Source: Fimbriosthenelais zetlandica
Lineage: Eukaryota
Reading direction: 5' to 3'
DNA: 64,000 bases
Assembly (NCBI GenBank): GCA_977030845.1
Contig: OZ365114.1
Location: forward strand, 22,568,001-22,632,000
Below are positions 12,621 through 25,751 of this stretch, one piece after another (positions within the stretch are counted from its first letter, which is position 1; each line of letters opens with the position of its first letter). The notes under the pieces are model-generated. The model was not told the DNA's origin. It saw only the letters and a program-made list of their open reading frames with translations, and made no database searches. The translations under genes and the position numbers were made by a program.

Positions 12621-13289
12621 CTACGCACAAATCTTTAGGTCTTTACATGTAGTTGAAAAGATTCTAAAGTGCATGACAAGACGCCCTTTCTCTGCCCTCT
12701 TATGGACACAAGAAAGGAAATGATGGAGTCGACCTTTGCCTCTTGTTGGGCAGGCTCTGAAAAAACTGGTGGGACGAAGGGCTTGTCAAAGCCATGGTGT
12801 CTCGGGCTACTAACTGGCAAAAGTCACACACAATAGACCTATTAAAGGCCAGCAGAGAGAGGATGGAGTAAGATTGTGAGTTCAATGGGCGTGTTTTGTG
12901 GGAGGAGGTAAGTGTAAGAAAAGGGAGGAATTAGAGTTCACTTCAGTGAATGGGTATGACTGAGTAGATAGGTGAAGCAAAAGTAGCAGTAGAACTATAT
13001 AATAGATCTTGCTGTACCGACTGAAAGCAACCTAAAGAATACAACCATCCTGTTTTGTAAGCTTTGCCTGAACTTACTATCACCAGCAGCTTATATTATA
13101 TATAGACTTACTTCCACCTAGAGCCAGGTTATCCTTATTTAGTACCCATTGACACTGGACACTTTACTTCACCAGAAACGATGGAAATGTCTATTTTGAC
13201 CAAGTTTTCTATTTCTCAAGAAAGGCGTTTTCGATAGCCCAAACAAAGTTCGGAAGCCGAAGACATTAAGGGCATGAAAGAGACATTTT

Positions 13290-13348
13290 TAGACCCCAAA
13301 AATTCGGAGCCTCCGGCGTAAATCCGGAGAGTTAAATTAGCAGCCCTG
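13290..13348 (-). mobile_element. hAT-like non-autonomous transposon terminus
   Basis: Minus strand reads CAGGGCTGCTAATTTAACTCTCCGGATTTACGCCGGAGGCTCCG. This resembles CAGGG(T/C)TGCCAACTCTCC-type hAT MITE ends and contains a CTCCGG/CCGGAG hairpin (13311-13329). No second TIR or TSD found. Confidence 0.4.
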
Positions 13349-15028
13349 AAACAGAAGATACCCTGTTATGTAGACTGCTCTTTAAATGTATTTCCCTTTG
13401 CCAAAACAGGTTTAAAATTCCCACGGCGACATTGGCAATAGATTTCGTGCATAGTACGAATGAATAACGTTCATCATCAATGATAGCCTATACCAAGTGA
13501 CGTCCTTTGCGCGATCATGGCTGCCTTTTGTTTGGTTATGTATACACGTCTAAGATCACTAAACAATTGCTGTCAATTCCCTTGTTCCCTGTACATGTCT
13601 TTTATGCCCATTTACTGGCGTGAAAGCAGCAGATATGAATATGACCAGGAGCCCATTTAAAAAAATGGTCTGTGGACTACCTGGTAGAAACACGTCAACC
13701 ACATTTCAACTTTTGCTTGCCTGTCACTTCCGTGTATGGCGGGGTCAGTTGTAAACCCGTTTTTTTGTCAGAGAAAATTATAAACACATGGGAGAAGCAA
13801 ATCAGTTTTGGTCCAGAAACACTTATCCTGATCATTCCCAAAATATAGTTTCACGTGCTATTTGATTGGATACAAAATTTAAGGTCATCGCTTCTCACTA
13901 ATAGTGTCCTGGCTCTGATCGGGATAATAATTCTCCAGATTTACTAGAACCAATAGAACCAAGAGTATCGTGCCAGAACCAGGTATGGTCAATGCAGGCT
14001 AACATTTTGCCTCCAAGATAAACTTTATTTATCTCCAGACTCCCAACCTCAGTATAGCCAATCAGGATAAAAAGGTAGAAGGTCAAATAAAAATACCTAT
14101 CAATCATCATCAAAAAGGCCTATATACCCAGCCCTGTCCTCATGGACGGTGCATCTCGTAAATGAATAAGAGATACTTTGCCAGCCTTGCTAGTGTCACC
14201 TCCATGCTCCATACATCGCTGCGGTCCCTGGTCACCATCACCATGTGTTATGTCGCTCTCTTATGGGTAATAGAATTTGCTATTTTATAGTGAATGGCGT
14301 ACCGGTATCTACTCCCAATAGACCTACTTATTCCCATTTTCCAGGATTTATGTGTTGGCTTTGAAATAAAGTCCAAAAACAATTTATTGAATATCTTATT
14401 GAGTGTTATAGTACTTTAACACCTCGATAGACAAAAACGGCCCGCTTTGGTTTTTGCCTAGTGATGAAATGCCCCACAGGGAGAGCCAATAGGACCCAGC
14501 AGGCAGTGCGCAGTGTACAGCCATCGATGGCCTCAAGGCATCCTGATAAAAGCAATTTTGTGACCAGCGAGGAGGCTTCGGTTCTCCTAAGCATCATTTC
14601 AGGTTGACCCTAGTTTAGATTCTAAAAGTTGTGTCCACTTCATCAACCACGAAGAGAAAGTGCCAGGGCATTTTGACATTGTTCATGACTTTACTGGCCC
14701 AGCCACTTGATGGTCTTGCTGTTTCATAGAGATTACGCTTGACACTCAACCTCTTTGAAGGGTGGATTAACAAAATGATGGATATGTGGATATGCTAGCC
14801 TTTTGCTGGTCAGCAATTCTGAAACATAAGCTTGACTTCGATTCATAAAGCCAAAAACCAATCAGAATCTGTTTCATTATCCATAAGCTCATAAAAACAA
14901 GACTGGGGTCACATAGGGGGCACACTCTCATTATGTCCTTCCGTAATGAACAACCAAGCCTATTATTATTCGAAGGGAAAAATGGCTACTCCTAAATTAA
15001 CTTTACCTTATTCCTTATTTCCACCCAG

Positions 15029-15173
15029 GGCTACGGAAGTTGAAATGATAGACTGCTCGAGGATAAAAAGTACAGTAATCCGAACCCCCGAAGAACTGTA
15101 CCATGGCTGGACATAAAATGACAGTCTCCAAGTGAAATACGAAGCTATTCGCCATTATGGATTATATCAGGAA
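15029..15173 (+). other. Candidate non-coding exon (145 nt) of a plus-strand transcript
   Basis: Long pyrimidine acceptor CTTTACCTTATTCCTTATTTCCACCCAG| and donor GAA|GTAAGT at 15174. All three frames contain a stop. Confidence 0.4.
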
Positions 15174-18100
15174 GTAAGTTTTTATACTCTAATTGAAATG
15201 AAATGTAACATTTTTTTACAGGCTATAATGCTAAAATGAAGTGCTTAGTATAAAATACCGATCATCAGTCTCCTTGGTTAAAACAGTCCTGCAAAAAACA
15301 AGAATGGATAATTTGAGGCAGAGTCTACAAAGCCATCATTTATGTGTAATTACCCTGTATACACTCAGGATTGATAATGAACATGATGAATTGTTAACTC
15401 TTAAAACCCTGCTAATCAATTGAGAGTCACAATCAGTCATTTTTGAAGAGTCCTGAAAATATTGTAAGCGGTCCTTCGTGTCTCATCCAATTATTCCTAC
15501 ACGTATATACGCATGTCCATGTATCAGTGCAGGGTTACAGCCAGAGCCTCGACTTGTATTAATACTATAGCTATCTTATCATTATTACAACCGGCAATTA
15601 TCCAATCCTTTGTCACCATGAGAGGTAATCATTTCCAATTTGATACCACTTAAGCTACGTGCAACCTCCAAATTCTCGTTAATGGGAACATGCCACTGGC
15701 TCCATCTTGTAGTTGCTTGCAGGACTAGAGCTTATAAAACCCGAGGAGAATTTCTCGCTGGAAATGTAGAGCGTGTGACACCACACTGAGTAGGCACTTC
15801 CGGTAACATGGTATTGTAATTGTGTTTAAAGGATGTATCACCAACCTCCATTATCATTGGAGGTAGCTATAAATATAGTGGGCATTGTTTGTAATGGGAG
15901 GTGTGAATATTTCATGAAATTCATGAGTATGTGTACCCAAGCATAATCTATGTACATTGGCTTCATTGCTGAATGAGCATTATCAAACAATCAATCACTC
16001 CCTATCCCGGCCTCTGTCTGAACAGACGGTATAGAAAGACTTGGTGGTCTTTCTCGAATTAGCCCAGATAGAAAGCCCTATAATCCCCTTTCATATCCTT
16101 AAATCAAATAATCTCCCCTTCCATACCTTTCTGCTGTAAGTGCAGTTAGTGCTTGGCTTCAGCTTCCCTTCATCATTGGCGAAGATGAAGCCTTTATCTG
16201 GAGCTGACCTAATGCGTTTAAGGATTTATTGCAAAGCCATAATTCAGGCTGATTTGATATGGAAATGGCAGATGGTGGGACATAACTCGCCCACTCGGTT
16301 TTTTAAAAGAAAATGTTATCATCCTCAGGAAGCTGCCTGAGGAAAAGTGATTACAAAACCCGACCAGTACCCATCATAAGATACTCATAAGAAGTTCTAG
16401 TAGTAGGAAATACAAACCCTAAGCTCCATCAAATATGGTAAAAACATACATCAACACAGGAAGCCATATAACATACTGCAGTCCTACCTTATAAGAATAA
16501 TAAATACACTATAGTATCCGTACCAATCATGGGTCTGTACATTTACACTGAGCCCAACAAAAGGGTAGGATAGATCATGAATGGAAAATGTAATGATCTG
16601 TACAGAAGATGGGAGGACTAACGTGTGACAATCTAAATAAAAGGAAGATACTATGGGAATAAATATTGTAGGTCCCCCATTTGTGGATTGTCTGTAATGC
16701 GTAGCAACCATCCATTGTTGACAAAACTCCTTAAATTTGAAAACCTAGATGGAGGACCTAATGTGAATTTCCCCTGCAAATACTTGCTAGCAGACATCCC
16801 ACCATGGCTTCTGTACACACTTTATTACACTTTACTGGATTGAGTCCATTTTAATGTGGGTGCAGGACCCACAGTGCCCTTAATGCATTGCTGCTTGAGG
16901 CAGTCCTTAGAAAACTGTGGCAGAAAAGTAAAATTCTTCATCCATATAAGGAGCTAAAAGTGGAATTCAATCTGGAAGTGCAAATGGAAGACAATAAGGA
17001 ATATTAAGTAGATCCCCAATAACTATAATGTGGGGATGAAAGCCTTCCGAGCTGATCATAGATTAATTTTGTTCAGCTTTAAGATAAGCAAGCGAAATAA
17101 TAGTTTTGCATCCATGGATATAGATATAGGAATGTGTATTTTTAACTCGTATAAGGATTTGGACCCTGTAAATTTTCCTCGAGTCAGCACTTTGGTTGTT
17201 GGTTGCTTCAGTTGCAAGTTCAAACATTTTGGGTCTGTGGCATTATACAGGCTGTCAATCCATGGAATGGATAGCAGGCCGAGCATTTGGAATCCTGAGC
17301 TTGAACAAACGAAACAGGTTCAGCAATACGCATGCTTCTTAACAAGAGTCTACCTAATGTACAAACAGCAAAACAGACGACAGCAGATGTTAAAATCAGC
17401 TTGCCTGCATATTCATTAGACAGATAAGCAGCCATATTATTCTCTCATGCATATTCCGTGCTGTTGGGCATCTTCCTGCCCATATAAATGCACACCTGTG
17501 CTGTGGCACCTATGCTGGATGCATTCTTATTTGATTGGCAATCCCTACGTTAGCCTAGCAACAATGGTAGACGCATGATGAGCACCGAGGCTCACCAAAA
17601 GTTTCCCTTGCCATTGATAAATGGATCACTGAGGACCCAGTTGACATTTGCAGAATCTTTTATATGCCCAAATTGGCCTCTTCCAAGCCCCAAAAGGACT
17701 TGATGGATGTGGTATGTGTATGTTCAGAGTGAAAAGACACTTCTCCAAATCTGTCCTTTCCCTACTTCGCTTCCAATAAACTTGATACCTCTCAGCTATC
17801 GCTTGCAATGCCTGTCTCCCGGAACAAGCAGGTCAATTGGACCTGACAGAAAAGGGATCGTTTGCGTCCATTTATTTCTCAGTTTGAGAGAGCACAGGTG
17901 TGTGGCGAGACTCTGGTAATCTGGGGAATGAGGAATGATGTAATCTTCCCTCATCCCATTTTATCTAATCGGGAATGGCATCTGCAATACCTACATTTTT
18001 GAGGGGCCATTCGTTTTCTGTCAACATTTCCCCATAAACCAACTATTGCGACTCTGGTGCCAGACAGTTCCGATAATGCCAGAATATATAAGGGCCTTTT

Positions 18101-20648
18101 GTCGGAAAATTTGATATATATGCCGAGAGATTGGAAGCTCATGCCATGGGTAGGCCTATATACAAGTTGGTTATTTGACGCCAGAATTGCTTGGTCTGCA
18201 TATAATAGCCCCACACCCCCAAATCTGTGCAAAAAATGTCAGATTTATTATATCACAGTGTTGTTTAACTTCAGTGATGTAACAGATAAAGGCTGCTTGT
18301 TCTCCCCAGAAAAGTTGACGGCGTTGATTATGCCTCTTGGATTGATAAAATAACATGCACCCCTAGGTATGCGACGCATATAATTATTGTAGTATACGTT
18401 GATACCCAACTAACATCTCTGCTTCCAGTTTTACTTTTATTAACTCGTGACTCGGTTTGCCAACGATTTTAAGATCCAGCAAACGTCAAAACAGGATGTA
18501 CACTTGTGGTTATGTTATTTTCTCTCTATCAAGCACCCTCCCACTGGCCCAAGCGATTTAGCATTGGAAACATGGCTGCGAGATATCTCTATAGATGTAT
18601 CATGCCATTAGACTCCCATTGGATTGAATGTACAAAGAAAAATGGTATTATAATCTCCTTTAAGAGGAAAGCAATGTGTACCCATGATTGGTGAGGATTA
18701 TTATAGTTGCTTGAGCTACCTTCCCCAACATCGACTTTGAATATAATCCTAATTTAATTTGGTCCAATTAAGCTTCTCCTCTTGGGTTCATTTTTCTTTG
18801 AATGAAACCCCACAGTCTTTCAGAAAGAAAGCAAATCAAAGGATCTTTCTTGTACAGGCCTGATATAATCAGCCACAGCCGAACTGGTGCCGATGAAGAT
18901 GGCGCTGTCTGCAGATTGACAGGCTGAACGGGTTGGATTTCAATAGGAAGGAAAAAGTCTGAACTATAGTCCAATATCTTCTCCTCAAAAGCATTAGCAT
19001 CCCCGTTCAGTACGTTTACAGGCTGATTGTGAAACATTTACACAAGTACCCACATAATAATTAATACGTCCCACTGAAAAAAGTTATGAGCACTGTTTCA
19101 AACCGAACTTCGAGGTTTGCTTAGTTCTGCTCGAGAAAACCTTTAGCTCCCTGTTTTTGTTCCTGCCATGAGTCGGAGGGGACTGTGACATACTGGGAGG
19201 TATGTACAGTTCGGAGCCAATGATAACACCTATTTGGATGATGCATTGCAGCCATGTTTTAAGGAATGAAAGATGTGTGGAACTAGCTGATTTGCCAGCT
19301 AAGTGAATCGCTCCATGCATGGTAACCCCAAAACCAACGAGTATTTTGTGCAAGATCATCCATGCTTTAAATGACGGGTATTTAATAGCGCTCTTCCCAC
19401 ATTGAAGTGTGATCAAAGAAATAAAAACACGGGCAAAACAAGGCTAATAAAACTGGACCAGGCACCAGCTTTTTTCACTACTGCCTTAAGGTGTTATCGA
19501 TAAGCCCGGAAACACCGCCCTCTTCGATGTGTGGCTTGTGGAGCATGGGTTGATTGGTTTCCTGGGGTGTCTTTCATAGATGTTGAAAAAATATTGATAG
19601 AACCAAGTAAACATACCATTTCACTTAGCCCTTTCACTGCATATTGGATGTTATTCTAGTGTTGCTTGTATCTAGTTTCTGCCTCATACAGGTGTTAGGG
19701 TTAGGTTTAATGTCAAAACCATTCGCTTAAAAAAAATTTCGGGGAGTGGGAAGTCATAAAAAATTAATCAATTCCATTATAACAAATCCATTACAGCCAG
19801 TAATCCTTAAACATTGTCTTGTAAATGGAAGATGGACATGTGAACCAAACACTATAATCCGCAGCTAATTAATTTTCCATCTTCTGAGGAAAAATTCTGT
19901 ATGACAACTTTCTGCCACTAATGGAAGCTAAGGGGAACATTGGCAATAACGAAATCAAGTCTTTGGTGATATTATGCCCAGTAGACATGTAAAATACACA
20001 GACATATATCTCCCTTCATATTGAGACGAAATAAGGGGACTTAATCACTATTCCAGTCACGGGTATAAGAGAGGCACATATATATCACTGGACTGTCTCT
20101 CCCGTGCATGTCAACAAGTTGTGGGGAATGGGAATGGGAGGAAGGATGTGGCATGACACGACATTGGTGGTAATGAAAAAGTAAAATAAAATGGTCATCA
20201 CTTATATAAGTCCTAAGTATGCCACGAAGGTGTACGTGTTGTTTCTCATCATCCTGGGACATTTCTAACCGTCTGAGCCTATACCTTGACCTTACAAATC
20301 TGCCAGCTATCATAGCCAATCCCTTCACTGCATACTATCTTGCTTGTCGTCCATCTAACATAATGTGAAGGCCTCTGCTGATTGGTGTGAAGCCATCTGA
20401 AGAGCATCATGATGCATGACAAGGAGCTGCTAATTGACAGAGGCGTTGGGTGCTGTTTGCGGCATGCGACGTTACTCAGAGTGTAAGGCAAGCCAGGCCT
20501 GACTGTGACATGTGAATCACGGCCCTCTTATACATAATTCATCCTTACCTCTGCTTACACAAACTTCCATGCCAGGGTTCCGGGTAGAATGACGCCACAG
20601 ACAATCACCCCAATACAAGAGTACAAGGAAGAATCCCTGTACCACCAG

Positions 20649-20712
20649 GGGCCTGTTTCAGCGACATTTCTCATTGACTTAACGTTGCTAATGGTTGTCC
20701 TGAAACAGGGCC
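20649..20712. mobile_element. 64-bp fold-back MITE, PIF/Harbinger-like
   Basis: TIRs GGGCCTGTTTCAG and CTGAAACAGGGCC match at 12/13, and pairing extends through GACA/TGTC and CATT/AATG. The internal CATTGACTTAAC core is shared with 10371-10382. No clear TWA TSD. Confidence 0.6.
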
Positions 20713-23700
20713 ATATACTTATGATCTAATTTATAATAATCATCCACTTGTCTGAATGATCCTTTGATATTGAGTATCCTAACAGCTTGTCCCTGATAGA
20801 CTTCTCCAGTAACGTATGCAAGTATTATTTCACCTAATCAAGAAGATTACAAAATATCACATGACACTCATTGTATCGTAACTCCTCTTCCTGTTGGAGA
20901 GTGTAACACCCTCTAGACACTTTTCAATTGAAAACCTTTTATGCTAATTAAGCCTTGTGAGAATTCCTCTCAACGTCCAAAATGACCATGCAGCTAAATG
21001 CTTTATTCGCCAAAACCCCGAGGAGGTACCTCGGCTCCAATAACAAAACAATCAAAAGCCTTGATTTAATGTTATGGTGGTTTTGATGAAAAAGTTAATT
21101 TAATTACCTCAGTTTAATGAATGGCCATTATCGCAGTGGTGGGGATTATAGGGGAGAGGATGCCATTGTGTCATGGCCGACGGTTAGGGTGGAGGATGAT
21201 CAGCCTGGGTCTATGAGGACATTAAGATTCCTGCCCGTTGGGGAGCATAATCCCCTGTCTTATATCTTCAATCAAAACACACACCATATGTAGGACAGGA
21301 GAAAGCTTTATATCAGAGTTAAGTGTTAAGTAAAGCCTGCATATATTGGGGAACAGCTGTTTGAGAATGACATATTTTCCCTTTAAGACCTCTAGATGTA
21401 AAATGTGATCACCCCTATATAAGACCTCTTTCAGTAAAAAGATATGCTACATTAACTGATAGAATCTAGCTTGGGAGGAGAGTGGGTTGCACAAAGGGTG
21501 GAAATGTGAGGTTTTTCCTTTAGTAGGAGAGGGGATCTCTGTCTCAGTCTATATTATTGATGCGCAGCTTTACAATGTCCTTTATGTAATATCAAGGCCT
21601 GGTGAATGAGGAATAATGTTCGTCTAACTCTGTTTGCTAGTGCTTGAATTAAGATGGATGTCTACCTGTACGATGTAAGGCGGCCAGGACTCGGGTTACG
21701 TTATGTTTAATTTAGTAGGACCAACAGACAACTTATTTGCTGATGTGAAAGTGACGTTGGTTGTCGTTAGGCGGTTATTGGTCGCCTCGTGTCACGCTAC
21801 AAGTACATGGATTGCCTGCTTGGCAGAGACGTACCGTACGCTTCTCAACTTAGTCTTCATATCAGCCAAGAGACTTGCAGTTGCTTGAAAAAGAACTGAA
21901 ACTCCTCTTCATACTGAATTGTTTGTTCTCTGGATGAGGAATATTAAAGCTTCAGAATTGCGTGCATTATTATAAGCAATTTGCAAGATGAACATTAAAA
22001 GTTTCATGCAGGAGTTGGAACTATTATGTTAAAGCATTAACAATGGATGGTAGCTCTGAAATGTTGAGCATTGATTCATGACAGCATAGTGACACATAGC
22101 ACTCATTAACCTCAAATATAGAAGTTGTCTCATTATGTGTTTGACAGGACGTATATTATAGCCATGAAGTCAATCCTCAACCCTGAGTCCTGACACATTA
22201 TAATGGAATTATTCCCAATGTCTCAATGACTGATCCATAGTCAATCACTATGTCCCAGGTTTAAACCTAGACAGACAATATTGGATTGGTATCAATTGTT
22301 ACTCGAGCTCAATATAATAGTATTATATGGAATAGAGAATAATGAGAGGTTGCTGAGAGTGAGGAGAGAAGTCTTATTGCATTAGAAGAAAGCTTTGATC
22401 ATTAAAGGCATGCCGGCCATGGGCGGGATAATGTCATCCACAACATCTGCCCGCACGTCACTCAGACTGTGGCTCTCACCCAATAAAACTTCTTCAAATT
22501 GAATTTAGCAGCAATTAGATAACAGAGAGAGCACCCTGATAAAGAATTCACGCAGCGATGAGATTGTCAGTGCAATTCAAGGACTGTCAAGTGGAGAATT
22601 AGCAGGCAAGATTTCACAGGTACTTCACAGAGTACCTGATTGGGCGGTTGGAAAAATGTTCACTTGCTGAATATTCATATCATTCCTTCTGAGAAAAACA
22701 TGATAAAACATGATTATTATCTTTCATTTGCCTTTTGGGCATTTCCCAAAGCATGTTGAAGCTTCAAAGTAAAACATTAAAGACTTGATCTTTAATCTAA
22801 AAACGTACATGACACGTTTAAACAACACGTGTTTTGATGAAACATAAGACGAAAAGTCAGCTAAAATGTTGGCTCCAATATCAGTGTATTCACTGACTTT
22901 CATGAAGGATCATATTGGCCTGTATTCCTGAGGTTTCATTCCAGCATGTTGTCAGTTTGCTGCAGACGTTATTATTGAGGCGGCAATGGCAGTATCCTAG
23001 CCCACTCTAGACTGATCTTTTCTCCGAACAGATTCTATAGAAAGATTCTAAGTATACCTAAGACTGCTGCAGACTGTATTGTCAAAAACTGCATGGATCT
23101 TCATGGGTACTTTTAAATAGCCTAATTTGACTTGCATGCCCTTGTAATATATATGCGTGTTTTCTCCTGTTTACACTTGTAACAAACCGGAAACAGTGCT
23201 GTCAGTCAAGAGACAGGACTGGTAAAGAGCCCTTAGTATCTAATCAAAGCTCCCCCGAGGGATCATCGGGCAACTGACATGGATCAGAATGATATGGGGG
23301 ATTTTGATCAGCTGCAGGATTTCTTCTCCTACAGACTGAGGCCAATTGTAAGAATATTTTCCTTCGCCCGCGCGTCTTAAGTACTGCAGTGTGTAGGAAA
23401 CTATAATAATTGGAAAGCAGCATTTATTAGTCCCTCTACTACCATATATATAAATATGTAATGTATATTGCCCCCATTAATAACAGCTTCACAAGTAGGA
23501 AAGATGTGTTGTATGCTCGCTGAACGTAACTAGCAATCTGGTGTCCTAACTGGCAATCAGTCTTCAGGTGCAAGCAAATGTTGACAAATTGGTACTGAAA
23601 TTGTCCAAGTGCAAAGGAATACTACTTTGGTGGAATTGAATCTCGTGGAAGGTTAAAATTACTATCACACACCAATTATTATAGTGGGATGGAATCCTGC

Positions 23701-23713
23701 TTGACATGCTGGG

Positions 23714-23872
23714 CTACTAGCAAAAGCCATCACCTCATAAAAAGTGCGACACCAGATCCGGAGGGAGGTGAGCTGCTGGAGGCAGTGTTTTCACTTTCCA
23801 CCTGCCTCCGGGGAGTGTTTGCTAGTAGTTGAGGAGATTATACACATTAATCCGGTCCCTCTCCGGAGGGAC
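23714..23872. repeat. Nested inverted repeats plus a GC-rich terminal hairpin (possible Helentron/HINE-like remnant)
   Basis: Perfect 11-bp IR CTACTAGCAAA (23714-23724) / TTTGCTAGTAG (23818-23828). Inner 12/13 IR at 23758-23770 / 23799-23811. Perfect hairpin GTCCCTC-TCCG-GAGGGAC at 23855-23872. Confidence 0.45.
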
Positions 23873-25465
23873 TTCTTGGTATTTCCCAGTCCCCTGCCTC
23901 ACTCCCCAAGTCAAATGTAAGTCTCCACAGGGAAATTGAAGATTCAGAAATTTGCTGGAACTGACTGGGTCTGCCCAAGGCAGAGCAAAATGGAACAGAG
24001 GAGCAAGGGAGTGGTTTATTGGACGTTGCCATCCTGTGATGCATGAGATAAGTGGAGACAATGAAAGTTTTTTTATTCAAAACGATTTATAAATGTCAAA
24101 CATGCTGATGTTCTGATTTCAATATTGTGGTAGTGACTATATATACACATTACCTTTGTTAGCTGCCTGAATAGATCGTCCTTTAGAACAATTTTAACTC
24201 CCCTTGATTGAAAGGCAGCTTTATTTTAGCTTTATATAATGACGCCGTTCGCTTCGATTGGACCATGTTTTGGTCTTTACAGGTCTTTTCCACTAAAACA
24301 GAAGCAGTATTTTCTGCCTTGGCTAATAATATGATATTTTAACCAGTTCTAATATTCCTGACAAGAAAACGCAAGGTGGATATACTTAAAGGATGACCGA
24401 ACATGAGATGTCTCATGATCCAGCAAGTAATATTAAATTTGGGATGAGCATGATTGGAGTCCTTTGATGACATTTTCTTACAGTAAATGAATTTAATGCT
24501 CGTGCAACTGCAGATGGGGTCCGAATCCCTACGTAGCAATACCTACTAAAAAGACCTCTTGTTTTTAAGTAGGTGTTTTACCTTGTATTAGTTGATGAAT
24601 TACAGTCTTGTGGAATAGAATTACTTCAGCAACTCTCCTTCAACTTCAAATGTCGTTATTGATATTAAAGAAGCAAATTACATTACAGTTGCAATATTCA
24701 TTATGAAAGATAAGAGATTAAGACATGATGACATTTACCTCATCTCATCATCTCCCAAGCCATGCTGGCATAAACACGCCCCAGGCCATAAACTTTCCTT
24801 AAAAGCCCCAGTGCTGTAAATATACCATGAGATTTTCTTGCAGACTTGCCAATATGTTTGAATTTATGGGTTACTGTAAGCAAGTTATATTCTGGAATGA
24901 GTTGAGAAATGAACCAATGGCCAGGCTTAGACTGGTAAATGTGTGAAGCCATTATTCATACCACATAGGCTACACACAGCCTCTCATTAGAACATTGTAT
25001 TCAGCCAACCTTTTCAGTGTGGCATGAACATCCGATTTATATCATTCCACACAAAGAATGTTCACCGTCAGTTCATAAGCCCTTCCAACAGCTGTTTACA
25101 GACCACCAACCATGTTAAGTCTCATACTGTTTTTCTCAGGATAAATCCAACCTTCGCCTTCCTGGCCCGACGCCTTCACCTTTTTTGCCTCTAAGCCTTG
25201 GACCTCCAGAGCCCGGGTCACTGAAGCTTGCTGGCTGAGAAGTATGCATATTTATGGACAGTGCTCTAGGGTCTGCTCATCCGTCAACTTTCTATAGCTG
25301 ATATCACCCTCAATTTATTGCCTTTTCCCCATTATGTTTCATATTTATATCAGTATTAAGATGAAAGTATTTTAATATAAAGGCTTTAGTTGTATATTGT
25401 GAAAAAAAAAATAATCTGGGCTTTACGAGTCACTCTGTAACTTCGTCTGTAGCATCATTATTATA

Positions 25466-25564
25466 CAGGGCGTAGGGAAAGGGGTGGCCCAGAATACCTT
25501 GAGCTCCCCTCACATGTTTGACGAGGGGAAAATGGGATTGGCCCCAAGGACCTTCTGACGCCTC
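25466..25564 (+). mobile_element. Decayed CAGGG(G)CGTAG-type MITE remnant
   Basis: Starts CAGGGCGTAGGGAAAGGGG and ends CTGACGCCTC, a decayed inverse of the start. Internal CCCCTC/GAGGGG stem. Confidence 0.25.
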
Positions 25565-25673
25565 GGAATAAATTATTAACAACCATGACCATGCTTACTC
25601 CAGAAATCACTATTCACCTTCCAGCTTTAAGGTTATGTGTGACCATTTGTTAACAACTTTTTCTTTCTTTCAG

Positions 25674-25751
25674 TGAGAAAATTATGACTTTGCACTCAGG
25701 GGTCTGGAAGGAGATTGAAAAAGAAGCCCTTTTAATGTCTTGAAGTGAAAG
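25674..25751 (+). other. Candidate non-coding exon (78 nt) of a plus-strand transcript
   Basis: Acceptor GTTAACAACTTTTTCTTTCTTTCAG| and donor AAG|GTCAGT at 25752. All three frames contain a stop. Confidence 0.3.

Noticed and set aside
14570-14588. Hairpin with a C(UUCG)G tetraloop
   Set aside because: Only 7 bp with a wobble and a bulge, and no surrounding RNA gene structure.
15071-15100. TA-CAGT...ACTG-TA resembling a tiny Tc1/mariner element
   Set aside because: A 7-bp IR with this spacing is expected many times by chance.
19693-19703. TTAGGGTTAGG telomere-like fragment
   Set aside because: Under two repeat units; not an interstitial telomeric array.
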